A stretch of DNA of 64,000 bases from Eremomyces bilateralis CBS 781.70 (Eukaryota), in assembly GCA_010015585.1 (NCBI GenBank), contig ML975179.1; one strand, 5' to 3'. The translations under genes and the position numbers were made by a program. The notes below the pieces were generated by a model. It saw nothing but the letters and a program-made list of their open reading frames with translations. It was not told the origin of the DNA and did no database searches. Shown in pieces: positions 12,481 through 26,657 of the stretch (positions within the stretch are counted from its first letter, which is position 1; every line of letters starts with the position of its first letter).

Positions 12481-15400
12481 GGCGGAATTGCGCCGGTGAA
12501 GCCCGTGTCTTGAGAAGCAATTTCCTTATTCCCTCTGCAGTTCTCGATCCGGGCTCTTGCTGCTATATGTAGCGCAGTTTGTGTGTATTTGTGTGGTTGT
12601 GGCGCCTTGGATATCGAAGAAGACAGCCAGAGATGGCTAGAGTATGACAATTGCGGATGACGGACAGCAGGCAGGTCAACTGCACATCAAAACCAACAGA
12701 TCGAGTCCGGAGAAAAGGTATTACTAGGTCTAGGGTCGTGATGAGTGTATAATGCAAATTGGGGTATCTAGCGAGAGATGCGTGGAGAAATTCGTAAGGG
12801 CCTAGTCGAAGGATTTCCAGCTCCCCGCTCCAGGCGTTCAAATAGGTCTAATTGTGAAGAAACGAAACACTCAAAATAAATATCTCAATGATCGCTCAGT
12901 CGGAGACCTGTATAACGAGCAAGAGATCCCCTCGAAGAGTGGGAGAGCGAGTGGCAAGTAATAGCAGAAGAGAAGGTCAAGATGCCATCGTGATACGGAT
13001 CTCATGATAGATGGGGACATGGCGGTGGTCATGCACCTTAAGAAGCACAAGGACCACTACCTATGGTTGATGAGCATGGGACAAGCAAGGGCAGCTGTGC
13101 GAATTGGGATCGATCATTGAATATTCACATCGTCCATCGTAGCCCTGGTTCGCAGCTGACAAGGTTGCGGGCGTTGATGATGGACGGCAGGCCGCGAGAT
13201 GGCAGACCCGACTGCAAGGGTCCCTGATGCGGGTGAGCCCTCTCTAGCCTATCGCGGCCCGTCTCGAAGCTCTCGTAGCAAAGGCCTGTACTCTCGTCAC
13301 TCCAATGGAGAGCCTCTCTTAGCTCTCCCTCCTAGAGATGGGAGGCCCCAAGGGGTAAAGGGTGCAGCTGTGCAGTGAACGGCTTTGTTGCGTTGACGCT
13401 CTCGCTTTTGGTCCAATTCATAGGAGCCGTGCGCCCTGTCGAAGCTCACAGATTGCTGTACTCCACCGCGGATTCGCCCTTTCATGCCCTGGTCGATGTG
13501 AATCAAGGTGACAATTTGAATATTTGATAAATTTCCTTGTGCACAACCAAATTGGCCAGTGGATCCATCGAGCAGTGGCGCGTGTCGGCCAACGATGCCG
13601 AGCATGCGCTTCCACCTTGGGAGGAGACACCACCAGTGAGACTGAGAAAACTCACCCTGACATCTACTGTCGTACAAGCTCGTTGCTGATGGTCACAGTC
13701 ATCTTGTTGTGTAACGATGATACCGACTTGACTGGCATTCTCCTCCTTGAGCATCTTCGATGCATCTTGAATTCTTTGCATCAAGAATGGACGTGGCGTG
13801 CTAAAAGTGGTGGCGTCTGTATTATGATAATTCGGCGGCTCGATGCGACGTACATTGGCCCTCGCTTCGGGTCTGCTTGACCCTAATTCCTGATCCGCTG
13901 GTGGCGGATGTGACGGGCGGGGAGAGGGTGCGGTCCGGATCAGATGGCCTGCAGGTTGCAGAGCTGCAGCAGAATTGGAGGAATCTGCTGGGCACTTAAC
14001 GTTGTACCCCCCATGTACCGATAAGGTGTTCTCTCTGCTGTACAGACTACAAAGTACCTTGAGGCACAAAATTCCTTTCCTTGTGCAGCCGAAAGGGAGC
14101 AACTAGGAATGGTTCAGGCATTGGATGGATAGGCCTCCTATAGTATGCCGGAGTGACAGCGGAGCAGATCCTTGCTAAATGTTCCATCGTTCGGTGAGCA
14201 ACATGGAACGCAACCACCATGCATCATGGTTCCACCGAACACAGAAAGTGATATCTCCGTGGGCCTTCCAGACTTGTTCCCAGTGGCTAAAGACAATGTC
14301 AACGCAAGGCAAAGGAAACGTGCGATGCCGTCTATGCCGATGGGGTGGGATGGTGGATTGCTATCCGTGATGTCCGTAATAATGGAGGTGGATCCGTGGA
14401 TGGATCAGGGAGGGGAAGAGAGTTAAGCGCCCACTTAACGAACTAAGAGAACAAGCTTCTCGATAGCCCTAAACCGCTGTGCTCCAGTTGTCCAATAGAA
14501 TCGTCAGAATTGACTAATATTCGTGTCGAGTTTTTCTCGGCTTACTACCATATCCGATTGAAAATACCACTCCGTGAAGTCAAGGCGTCGGCTCTGAGTA
14601 CGGAATACATCAAATACTCATGTCTCACCGTAGCGCTGCTTCTCGAGACCTCGATTCATCGGAATTTCAGGATCCGAGATGGACCTGAGAAGAGAGAGTT
14701 GCCTTGTCAGTTTGAAATCGTCGCGCTGTGGGACAGTATCACCGTCCCAGGACGCTGGTAAAGCGAAGCAATGCCGCAGAAGTCCTTGTACTTTGCGAAG
14801 TACCTAGGTCCACCGAGTTCCGAAATTGCGGACAGAGTAATTGGTCGGAATCGTTCAACTATGGTATTTGTGCCCATGATCGAAGATATCCGGAACGGCT
14901 GGAAGGAGGTGATCGACGTTTGAGACTCTTTCCACTCCTCCGAGATCTGAACCTTGGTAGTCTTGGATCTAGACTTACTATTCGAGATAGGGACGGCGCT
15001 TAAATCAACATGCAAGCATTGCAACGATGTGGACGTCTTGCAGATATATCAGCCTGAACTCACCTAAGCAATTGACCAGGTCGGTGGATGTTGATAGGCG
15101 CCAAGTCCATGAACGCTCGACGAAAAGCTCAAATCAACCAAAGCCTGTAGAGCACTGGATTCATCACCTTCCAGATATTCTTATACATATATGCTAACCC
15201 AAGCGAGTGGAGAAGAACCCTTCCCTCTTCACCAACATGAGTATGGCAATAGTACACGGATTCCTTGGAGCGGAGTTGGAAAGGCTCGGTTGAGTATACT
15301 CTGCTAGATCATCAAACCTTGGGCCAGTCCACTCAAATGAAGAAAGGAGGATAAATTCGAGTTGTTGTAACGCGCGACGTGAACTGCGGAATGGGGAGCA

Positions 15401-17169
15401 ATCTTGTGGAATCTCCTGTTGATGGTCTTCGAGCACCCTGCGCCACCGAGTCAATCATCGGAATTCGCCCAACACATCGTCTTTGGTTGCTGTGTATAAT
15501 GCATCTCTGATGCCTCATGTCACTGGCGCATCAGTACTGAAATCGAGGCGAGACACAGATAGAATATCTGTGAAGCAATATAGGGCGAATAAGTCACGCT
15601 TCGATTCGCTCCACGGGAGGTGATCTGGACTGACTGTAGTATTTGGACTTGTCCTAGATCATGGATAAAGGATGTAACGAGATCTAGGACTATGAAGGAC
15701 CTAGCTAAAGGACCCTAGCCGTGCAATGAAAAAAGGGCTTCTAGAAGCATGCGGAGCAGGATGACAGTACCTCAATGGCATGGGTTTGATACTGGGTAGA
15801 GGACGAAGGCCAAATACCGGGACCCTGAAGAGCGCTCGACAGAGACCATGAACAGACAGTACGGATTTTCGAGGAGAGCGGTGGAATACATATTCCTGGC
15901 GAGTCTGACATTAACTCTTGTAATGCCACTTTTCAAAGTGACATCTCGCTGCACAGCAACGCCGGTCCAAGACGGTTGGATGGGCTTGTAGATGCAAGAC
16001 AATGTCTATGTCTCGATAGTCCAGCTGGCTTGGCTGGCCTGGTGCCTTACCTTCGGTTGTTAGTCAATAATACGACCTAATATGTCGAAGACAAAGAAGC
16101 TAAAATCGTGGAGTGAACAAATAATAAGAACAATGGTCGCCTTCCTACATGGTGAGTCAAACTGTGAAAAGCTTATGCCTGTTGTCTTTGCTTCTGAGTC
16201 TGATTAGGCCTGTAAAAGACGCTTATAATCATCAGATGCCGTGTATCCAACCCTCGAGGCCAAGCATCCACCCCCCTCACCATGAACCTTCATTAGCAAG
16301 TTCCCACTGATGCCCATGATCCGCAAAGTTGAGGGAAATTTGCGAGGAGTGAGTGGGCAAGTTCAAAGCGGAATTTACAGTATTTCCCGCGATCCGAGAC
16401 AGCGTCAATGGTTTGAGCAACCCATCAAACGGTCCATCTATGGGTAAATGTGAGCAGGTGGCTTAATGGATCCAAATCCGAGTATAAGGAAAAGCATCGG
16501 GGGGACTTGAACGATCCCTTCGAACCGTTGGCCCAGGTGTACTATGACAGCAAGCCTTTATTAAGCATCGACATCAAATTTAGGGGTGTATTGCTCGGCA
16601 TAGTAATGAAGATTTTCCAAGCGCTTGAGAGACGGAGGTGCAAGAATCCATGGAGAAATGGCAACTGGATCAACGGCAGCCTTCCTGTTGTGTTCAATCC
16701 TAGCATTGGGATCTGACTGACATCCAATTCCAATACAGAAGGCTGTTAGCCACTTCACTACAGGATACACTCATAGCGGGCGTCAGGCATTATCATGAAA
16801 GTTGATGACACAAACTCGATGAAATGGCATGGGAGATCCAGTGGGTACGACAGGGGGACAGGTCCTGTCCCGGGTAGACTTCGGCGGCTAACAGCCCATG
16901 AAGTGTTTTGTCAGCGCCTTGGATGCCTGGATGCCTGGATGCCTGAGGGATGAGGCAAGGCAGAGGCAGAGGCAGAGGACTGCATGTGGGGAGTCCGATG
17001 TAGTATTCCGTAACGAGGGTGTAGATCAGTGGGAGATTCAGACATATCCACAAACCTAACGCTGAGATAACACCAGGGAATCGGCTAATGTGAGCCCGAA
17101 TTCGGAGCAAGGAGAGCTCTCGATACAGAGTATTATCAATTCTCCCTCCAGCGCCGCTGTCCCCTTACC

Positions 17170-18836
17170 ATGGCTACCTCCAATTGTCTGTACCACTCAT
17201 GTCGTCTGTTTACTTCCCTTCGGATCACCCGACAACGTAAAGACTTCTTCAATATCAGTCAAACCAAATACTTTAGTTATTCCTACTCGACGATGTTTCG
17301 CTCTTCCGAAATGCAAGACCAGGATATTGCGTTATTACAGGTGAATAGGAAACGGTTGATGGATGAGTTGCACCACACCTGTCAATGGGGAATTGGAGAA
17401 CGCTGGGGCGAGTAAGGAACCAGTTTCTTTGATTGACTGGATTTTCTATCTCTGCTTTTCTCATTGTCCGCATAAATCAGCTCTTGTTTAAAGCGAGTAT
17501 CAAAGTCCATCATTGTAACAACGCCAACAGTGGTTCCAACGAGACTGGGATGCGCCGTCTATCCCTCACAGACGACGATAAATCAGTAAGAGACTGGTTT
17601 ATCAAAACAACTCAAGGGCTGGGGTGCACAACTACCATCGATACCATGGGTAATATATTCGCTGTACGACCAGGCATCAAGAAAGGGGCCCCAACGTATG
17701 CTGGCTCGCACCTTGACACACAACCGCAAGGTGGTCGATACGATGGGATACTGGGAGTCCAAGCTGGGATCGAAATGCTGAAAATCTTGAATGAGAATCG
17801 GGTCGAGACAGAATATCCGGTTGGTGTAGTGAACTGGACTAAGTAATCCAACCCCACTTCCATTACTCTCTACCCACGGCCCTGACCTGCTCCTAGCGAA
17901 GAAGGGGCCCGATTCCCCCTTTCCGTGCATGCTTCCGCCGTTTGGGCGGATAAACTTCCTCTTTCCCAAGCACATGGACTGGCATCTATCATCCCACCGA
18001 ACAAGCCTACTCCCTTCATTGACGAGCTCTCCCGGATCGGTTACCATGGTCCCACGCCCTGTTCTTACACTGCCAACCCCATGGCCGCACACTTTGAGTT
18101 GCATATCGAACAAGGTCCGCAACTCGAAGCCACCGGACGCAAGGTTGGCATTGTGACTGGTGCGCAGGCGTACCGCTGGTACACAGTCTCAGTGAGTGGC
18201 AAATCATGTCACACCGGCACGACACCATTCGAGCATCGCGCCGACCCGCTGCTCATCGCGGCGAAATGTATGGTACAGGCTCAAGCTAGTGCACATATAA
18301 AGAAGGGCGCACTAGCGAGCACCGGAGTAGTGAAGGTGGCGCCGGGGAGCGTCAACACTGTCCCAGACGAGGTGACATTTAGCCTAGATCTTCGGGCACA
18401 GAGTGACGGTGTGCTGGATGACTTGGAGAAGGAGCTGAAGACCGTTTTCAAACAACTCGCGGACGGAGACGACTCTTGTAATACGGAGAGTTTCTGGGCA
18501 GGAAACAGGAAGCCGTGCACCGTTGAGTGGCGGACGGACAGCGTTTCCAAGGCGGTCAACTTCAATGAGTCTTGCATCGAGTGCGTCGCCAAATCAGCGC
18601 GCTCCGTGCTAGTACTTGCAGGGAAAGATGATACATCTGCCATGCGGCTGGTAAGCGGAGCGGGTCATGATAGCGTGATGACCAGCCATCGAGTACCGAC
18701 CGCCATGATTTTCGTGCCCAGTCGAGAGGGCATCAGTCACAACCCACGCGAATTCACGAGTGAGGAAGACTGTGCGATTGGGGCGGAAGTGTTGACGCAA
18801 AGCGTGCTTCGATATGATCGCTTGCGAGTACAGTGA
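17170..18836 (+). CDS. Beta-alanine synthase / N-carbamoyl-amino-acid hydrolase (peptidase M20 family)
   Basis: GSHLDTQPQGGRYDGILG, NWTNEEGARFP, HFELHIEQGP, SGAGHD and GISHNPRE motifs. Introns 17412-17530 and 17843-17896. The start could be 17170 or 17293. Confidence 0.9.
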
Positions 18837-18894
18837 TCCTAGTATGGCTATTCAATCATCAAATTTTCACCATTTCCGTTAGATATCGTCTCCT

Positions 18895-20160
18895 TCAAGC
18901 ATTCAGGTCGATCACCACTCTCCCTTGCAACTTTTGATCATCCATCTCCTGGAACACTTCCGCCAACTTATCCAATGGCTCCGTTCTATAGTGCGTCTTC
19001 ACGATCCCCCTGGCTGCGAAATCCAGCACCTCTATCGCGTCCTGCCTCGTGCCCACCGCAACGCCCATAATCTTCTTCTCCCCTATAATCAAAGCCGGAG
19101 CCCTTGCGCCCTCAATAGCTACAGGTTTACCCTCAGGGACACCCACACAGACGACCGTCCCGCCAAATCGAAGAAGGTCAACGGAGGTGGCGTATGCTGC
19201 GTTGGCTGCCGTCAGGACGAGCACTGCGTGCGCGCCCAAACCTTCCGTCAATGCCTTCACCCGCTCCACCACATTCTCATCGATACCAACAAACGCCTCC
19301 GCACCCATCTCCAAGACCAAATCCTTCTTGCTCGGATGGTCGACGCCGATGACCCTGTATCCCATTCCCTTCGAGGCCAGTTGCACACCGAGATGGCCCA
19401 GTCCACCGCCCGCACCGAGGAGCACGACAAAGTTTCCGGGCTTCGCGTCGGCTTTCTTGAGGCCGGAGTAGACGGTCACACCGGCGCAGAGCATGGGAGC
19501 GGCGGAGGCGGAGTCCACGCCGTCGGGGATCGGGGTCGCGTAGTGCGCGGGCGCGATGGCGTATTGTTGGAACGTGCCGGGGTAGTAGTAGCCGGAGATT
19601 TTCTGGTTTTGGCAGAGACCGTCTCGGCCGCTCATGCACGGCACTATACAGTGGAAAGCGTCAGCAAATGTTCGTTATTCGGGCAATGTGGTCGTCCAAG
19701 TTTGGGTGGGTAGAGGGGACGTCGCCCTCAAAGGGGCTTCGGGACGACGTACAGCAGCCGCCGCATGCGTACGCGATCCATTTGATACCAACGCGTTGTC
19801 CGAGCTTGATTGGTGCGCTCTCCGTGCCCGGGCCCAGCTTCACGACCTCGCCTACGCCTTCATGGCCGCCTACTTGGCCTGGCTGGGTGGGGTATGGCAA
19901 GCTGGACCAGGTGTTGGCCATGACCCCGAGGTCGGAGTGGCAGACGCCAGAATGGGAGCTGTAATGATATCAATTAGACTTTGGACATAGGGCAAAAGTA
20001 GGAGGGAATGGCGTAGGAGTCTATTGGATGCTTACAGCTTAACAAGAACTTCGCCGGCTCCTGGCTCAGGCGTATCGACCAATCGAACCTCGGTCGATAT
20101 GCTGCCTGGCTTGTCATAGACGGCAGCCTTGTGCTGCTTCGGGATCTGGGGTTCGGCCAT
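18895..20160 (-). CDS. Zinc-dependent alcohol dehydrogenase (MDR family)
   Basis: GVCHSD, GGHEGVG, structural-Zn cysteines, GAGGGLG Rossmann motif, GRVVIDL C-terminus. Two introns near 20035-19960 and 19752-19649. ATG at 20160. Confidence 0.93.
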
Positions 20161-21227
20161 TACTGTCTTATAGATTCACAAATAACTCTGCTTGGTAGGG
20201 TTTAGAGCCGCTCGATATACCAGAGGCGGAGTTGAGGTGATGCACAGCAAAGATCGAATCGAATATCTTGGAGCAAACTGGAAGGACACCACAATGCAAC
20301 TCAAAGATCAAAGACGGAAGGAGAAGATGAAACGGAAAGCACACGCTTATCTTCGAGTAAGATATGGACACCTTCATTTAATACACCCTTCACACGGAGA
20401 CGCGTGACGCAACGGCCGTAAGCCCCTAACCGGTCCCTCGTCGTCCGTCGGAAGCTTGATGCGGGATATACGCTGCCTGCCCCTCCATCGCAAAGGACCT
20501 CCTGATCGTCGTGGCGGATGGAATCACCTATTTGGCTTAGGGCCACAGGAACGAGACTAGACGAGCCTAGATGAGCCCCGCGCCGTCATATACCGGTCGA
20601 ATCGTACGAAAATTGAACGCGAGATGGAAGCGGCCTGGATGCTGTACCCTCGGTTGTGGTCGTATTCTCCGCACGGAACGAATCCGCTCCGCTGGGTGGA
20701 GTGAGCGGGGGCCAGGGGGCTGGATATGCGGGGCGATGCGGGATGCTGAAATTAAGTCAATTAGGATGGCAAAATAGGTTCGGGCTTTTGCAGATCCGCT
20801 GGTGCGGCGTGGATGAAAGTGGTTTGAGATGAGGATAACTAGGAGTTTAACGTATTTAAATGAAAGAGTAGGCCATCACTGGCCATGACGGTTTTAGTAC
20901 TAAGCATGAAGTAGGCAAGCCGCAAGGCCCATTGATCTGACGGCGAGTAATTGGATATGTACTGTACCTCATAAAGCTTGATTAAACGGCTGGTAATAAC
21001 TGGATAGTTTACAGTATCTTTACCTGCCTTTGGAATCATTTCGTATAAGTAGTAATACTATCGTCTAAGAATGAGGAAAATAAACTGAAGCTCAAACACC
21101 TCATACTCCGCTCATGTGGCGATTGTCTCGTTAAGGTTTCCGTCACCAACACCGGTCATGGACTGGAATCCTCGTTCATCATCAACAAACCAACCAGTCT
21201 GTCCACGCAACAGGCACCTCCCTCCTA

Positions 21228-23556
21228 CTAAGCCTCGACCGTAACCTCCTTTCCACCATCCACCCCCATCATATCCATACCCACACCTCCGAACTGCTCA
21301 ATCGCATCCTGCGCCCTAGGCATTCCAATCAGCACCGCCTTCTTCGGCACCGCCACCTCCTCAATCCTGAAGCACCCAAACGCAATGACCCGCGTCAAGT
21401 TCGGACAGGACCGGAAAATCCCCGCCATCACATACGAGTCCACCTCGCCGCAGAAGCTCAGGTCGATGTCTTCCAGGTTCGGATACGTCGAGCCGGTGCC
21501 GAACACCTCGCTGAACGCCGCCATCGAGATGTGCCGGCACGACGAGACGTTCAGCTTCCGTAGCGCGGAGCCGGAGTGTTTCATAAGTGCGATGAATCCC
21601 GCGGACGCGAGGCCGACCGCCTCTTCGTCCGGCCCTTCGGGCATGACGTAGTCGACGGATCGGGTGGAGTTCATGTCAATGAAGGATAGCGGGGGGTTCT
21701 TGCCGGTCCATTCGTTGAACATGGTGGCGATGCCTTCATCGGTTAGGTTTTCGGCGCTCGAGAGGCGCAGCTTGGAGAGGCGGGTGCAGTGGGAGGAGAT
21801 GGTGTTGAGGAGGGAGTTGGTCGCTTCGGGGATGTGGGCGAGGCAGAGGGTCTGGAGTCGAGCGCCGTGAGCGGCAATGATCGATTCAATGATTTCCGGA
21901 TCGGTGGGCTGGGTGAGATGGAGGCTAAGGTGTGCGAGCCGAGGCAAGTCCTTGAGATGCTTAAGTCCTTCATCAGTGATCTTACCGCAGAGCTCGAGTT
22001 TGAGCCTGGTGAGCTGCATACACCGCTTGGCGAGCACCTCCATGGTGCTGTCATCGAAAGAGGCGTTGAGCCAAGTGAGTTTGAGGGTCTCTAGATTGGG
22101 ACCGTGTTCGGTGAGGTAGGTGTTCCACATGTCCGTAGTGATGAGGTTTGCGGCGTAGAGTTTGAGGTGCTTGATGTGCCGCGCCTTTTCGAGCATGTAC
22201 TGGAGGTTTTGATCTTTCAGTTGACAGGCATTCCCAAAGGTGATATCCTCCATTTGCGGACACTCCATGAAAACCCGGTCGTAATTGTCTGTTTCGAGGT
22301 CTATGCCATGTTAGAAGCGAAGTGGGTTTGATTGCAATTCAGAGGAGACTTACAAGCCGCGTCATGGATCTCGATCTTCCTATTGTCGTTCCGAAGGAAC
22401 AAGTCCAGTGTCTCCGGCTTCAAGACCCGATTCTTGGTGAAGATATGGCTCAACTTTCGCAGCAAGGGATCCGAAATGTCCCCAAAGCCCTCAACGTCCT
22501 CTGCGTACCGAGCGATCTTCTCGATGGACAGCTGCACCAGGCTCTTCGCCCCGACCCCAATCCTGCCATCTAACTTCTCACTCTCCACCTTCCTCCTTCG
22601 CCTTCCAGTGACAGCCGGCTTTTGCGTCTTCTTCTTCGCCTTGGCCTCCTCACCTTTCAGTAACTTTCCACATGGCGCACAAAGCAATCCCCCATCCGAC
22701 CCCGTCTTGGAATATGGCGTGACTGTAAACCGCTTCCTACACTCCTCACAATTTTCCAACTGTCCCGGCAGCTTCTTGCCTTTCTTGTACATATCCCTGG
22801 CTAAGAAGTCGTCCGCGTCCTCAGATTCGGAGTCATCCTCGGATCCACGGGGCTTCTTCTTTCCTTTCCCTTTGCCTTTCCCGGCCTTTCCTTTCCCCTT
22901 ACCCTTCTTGCCTGTCCCCTTGCCTTTCACCGGAAGATCATCATCTTCATCGCTGGACTGAACTCTCGCCTTGCCTTTCCCTTTGTCCAATTTCCGCCTT
23001 TTGAGCGCCGGAACCGCATCCGAGTCGTCTTCCTCGGTATTAGGGATGACGATGGTGTCGTCTGCATTCTCCATTTCGAAGTCCGAATCACCATCCTTGC
23101 GCTTCGTGGAGGAGCGCCGGCGAGACGATGCTGGGGGAGCGGCCGACTCATCTTCCTCTTGGTGTTCGTCGCCCTCGGCGGGATCACCATCTTCCTCTCC
23201 TAGTTGCGTCGCTTGTTCGCGGCGGCGGATGAAGTCATCGCGGATACGGGCTGCGGAGATGTTGTTGGCCGCGAGAAAGTCGGTCAAGGCGGAGTGACTG
23301 AAGAAAGAATCCAATTAGCTGAGACTGAAGGGGAGATGATGTGGATATGACTTACGGGCCCCGGATGCGGTTATTCCCGCGTCGGTTCGACCTGTTTGAG
23401 TTCTTGTTAGCCTCAAACCATCAACTCCTAGTGTTGGAAGACGCTGATCGTGACATAGGGTTTATATGCCGGTATGGGTTGCAAGGTAATGAATCCACTG
23501 TTCGATCTTCTTGGTCGCAAACACGAGTCTCAGGGCTAGAGGGGACGAACTCACAT
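21228..23556 (-). CDS. RAD7: Nucleotide-excision-repair protein Rad7/Rhp7 (LRR/RNI-like repeats)
   Basis: IRGPHSALTDFLA N-terminus, PGQLENCEECRKRFTVTPYS..LLCAPC motif and leucine-rich repeats. Introns 23554-23392, 23355-23298 and 22353-22301. Confidence 0.88.
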
Positions 23557-23776
23557 CTTGCTCGCGTAGGCTCCTCCAGACGCCTTGTATTTGATCTATG
23601 CTGGAACGATTGACGGTAAAGAAGGAATGATCGTGGACAAGGAGCGAAGTGACAGAGCCGCAAAGGGAACTGAGCCTTTCAAGTTCAGTTTGAATCGGCG
23701 CATCGACTGAATTATTGGCTGCGCTGCCTAAAACCGCCGCCACTCGCAGCCTAAGGCCGCAAGGCACTTAAGATCG

Positions 23777-23815
23777 TCGCGTTTCAACACGCGATGAGTG
23801 ACGCGAACTCACGTG
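23777..23815. promoter_or_regulatory. Cluster of MCB-like ACGCGA elements plus a CACGTG E-box upstream of RAD7
   Basis: TCGCGT at 23777, ACGCGA at 23789 and 23801 (12-bp spacing), CACGTG at 23810; about 220 bp upstream of the RAD7 start. Confidence 0.4.
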
Positions 23816-24286
23816 ATCTATAAATCCAATGTAGAAGAGAAGCGGTGGAGATGGATTGATCACAGTCAACAGCTACGTAGGTTTCCTTGATCAAAGCTGC
23901 TGAAGAGACAGAAACGGAGATCAAAGTGTCTGAATTGATATAAATCGACATTTCGAAGGATATTGATACAGATAATATCTAGAATAGCTTGAATACAGGC
24001 CCCTCGGATGAACGAGAGATTTCGAAACGCCTCGCTTGCTGGGTCCATCCGTTTGTGTCCCGGTACCTGGTCTATTTGTTGCGTGATGCCGTGAAGAAAA
24101 TAAGGCATGCCAAAAAAAAGGGGGAAACATTATGCCTGTCTCGAGTTAGATGGGCTGGAGCGGCCGCAACAGGCAGGCAGGCCCCTAACTGGGACGGGTT
24201 GGTGCAAGTGTAGATACGGATGACGTGCCATCCGGATGTGGAAAGGGATGAGGCATGGCTGACGTCCAAACGCTCCTCGTTAACAA

Positions 24287-26657
24287 TCACCGATCAGGAT
24301 CTTGCATGTCCTCATCTTCGTCCTTCAACGTCGGACTCTCCAACTCCCCCAGTTCCCCCATCAACCTCACCTCCCCCGCTCGCCCCTCCATCATCTCCTC
24401 TTCCCCAATATATTCCCTCGTCAACCCGCCTTTCACGTCAATCCCACCGTGCACCCACTCCATCACCGCCACTTCATCCAGACTCAACCGCCCCCGACTC
24501 GCCTTCTTCAGCAGCGCCCCCACCACCCGCCTCGCCCCCCTCCACTGACCCTCCTCCGCTCCCTCCCCCCGCTCCACCCAATTCCCATCCTCGTCCCCAA
24601 ACCGCCACCAACCCCACTCGCACCGCGCGATCCGGTGCGCTGCCTTACTTCTGCCGCGTGATTTCCCACCGGCGGGCGGATCGAAGGGCAGGCGGCCTTC
24701 GATGAGAGTGTAGAGGACAACACCGGCGGCCCAGGCGTCGGTGGCGCGGCCGTCGTACGGTTGGCCGAGGAGGATTTCCGGGGCCGCGTAGTCTTCGGAG
24801 CCGCAGCGGGTGGTAAGGAAGGGGGAGTGGGGGGGCGAGGGAATGGAGCGGGAGAGGCCGAGGTCGGTGAGGGTGATGAGGGGGTAGGGGTGGGATGTGG
24901 GGGAGGGGAGGTGAGAGATGAAGGACGCGGGGTAGTTTAGGAGAATGTCTAAAGGGCGCATTAGCGGGTGGGAGGGACATGGGCGTGAAGGGGGACAACA
25001 CACTCTCTAACTTGATATCCCGATGTACAATCCACTTGCTGTGTAAATACCGCACCGCGCCCACCAGCTCCGCAAATATCCTCCGCGCCACCCCCCCCGT
25101 AAACACCTCCAGATTCTTGCTTGCCAACTCGAACAGGTCGCCCCCGGGACAGTACTCTAGCACCAACAACGCCTGCTTATCCCCCCGCTCCAGATCGAAC
25201 GCCCGCAAATTTACCAAGCTCGGATGCCGAATGCTCTTCAAGATCTCCACCTCCCGCTTCAACCCCAACTCCACCCGCTCCTCATCCGCCCCGCCCGCCG
25301 GCCCGTGTGCTACGATCTTCAGCGCCACCAACCGTCCCGGATCGTACCCCGGCTCCTCCGGCGCCCGCGGCGATACCGCCGTCGGCCCCGCCCTTTCCCG
25401 CCGCGCCCGCACATCCGCCGCCGCCTCGCTCGTCGCCAGCACCACCTTGCTGAACGTCCCCTGCCCCAGCGGCCGGATCGGCCGGTACGTGATCGGCTTC
25501 CGCTGCGGGCCCGCGTGGATCGTGAACGTCTCTCCCGCCGGCTCCGCCTCCTGCAGCGCGGGTTCCTCGCCGTCGGACTCGGTGACGGAGCGGTTGCTGG
25601 GTGGGGGGGTAGGGAGCGTGGGCGCGGGAGCGGGAGCGGAGGTGAATCCGCGCTTGTCGGCGAGGTAGGCCTCGCGCTGGAGGGCGCCTTGGGATGCGTC
25701 GATGGAGGAGCTCGATATGGTGACGTTTCGCGGGCGAGAATTGTGCAGCGGTTCGGGGACGTAGTCGCTGACGCTGCGACTTCGGCTATGGCCGGGGCTA
25801 GCCTCTCTCCGTGCTACGGTCGGGGTGCCGTGCGTCTCCACCGTGGTCGGCATGAGGCTCTGATATCCCTTTTTCTTCCGCGATGGCGATGATCGGGTGG
25901 GGAACGGGAGGTTCTTGCTATTTGCATGCGTCGAACTTGACGGTGCGGGATGGGTGGTCTCCATGGACGCGGCTGTGGCCTCCGTCCCTGGTACGATGGC
26001 GCTGGCGGAACCACGCGATCCGGGACGAGACCCTGACATCGTCATCGTCGCCGAGGCGCGGCGCCAGGGATTCGGCGACCCGGCCCCTTCTTCGCCGACG
26101 AGCGGGGAGGGCAGCGGAGTGATGTCGGTCATCGCATTGAGCGCGGGTGAGCTCAGCGACGAGCCCGGGGATGCGGAGTCGGCGAAGCTGCTGGCTGAGA
26201 AGGTGGGGCGGAGGTTCGGGCGGGAGGAGCTGGAGCGGAGGGGCATGGTGGAGGGGCGGTCGGGGGTTTCGAGGGGGTTCTCAAGAGGGGTGCTTTCGAT
26301 AATTGAGGGCGCGTTCGGGGTTGGCTGGCGGGAGGGGATCGTTATTGTTGCGGTGTCGGTTTTAAGATGAAGGTCGAGACCTGCGCCGAGAGGAGTGCGA
26401 GGCGAGCGGTTCGGGCCTATCGAGATGGCTGCAGTTGTGGTCGGTTGCTGCGATTGCGAGTCGGCGATAGTGTAGATTCGAGGGAGTATAGAGTTTTGCG
26501 AGGTTGCTTCCCGATTGGCAGCGGATATGGATACGGAGAGCGATGTGGGATGTTGGTCGACTTTTGAACTCTCGATCGGACGAGAGGTGGTGGTCTCGTC
26601 TGGAATGCGCGCTGCCTCGAATGCGGAATGTGACCCGAGGGCGGTAGGGTCTGCCAT
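24287..26657 (-). CDS. Ser/Thr protein kinase, PRR1-like, with long disordered N-terminus
   Basis: LGQGTFSKV, VALK, HRDIKLEN (across intron 25003-24949), DLG in place of DFG, TRCGSEDYAAPE, DAWAAG. Confidence 0.88.

Noticed and set aside
1..17000. Starship giant transposon suggested by ferric reductase and accessory genes
   Set aside because: No DUF3435 tyrosine recombinase or element boundary is visible in the window, and the reductase looks like an ordinary intact gene.
18925..19713. Long antisense or overlapping ORFs (also 27369-28136, 31992-32861, 41570-42250, 51702-52496)
   Set aside because: These are shadow ORFs of GC-rich codon-biased genes with no recognisable motifs.
17170..20160. 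M20 hydrolase and ADH as a metabolic gene cluster
   Set aside because: Convergent genes with no transporter, regulator or shared pathway evidence.
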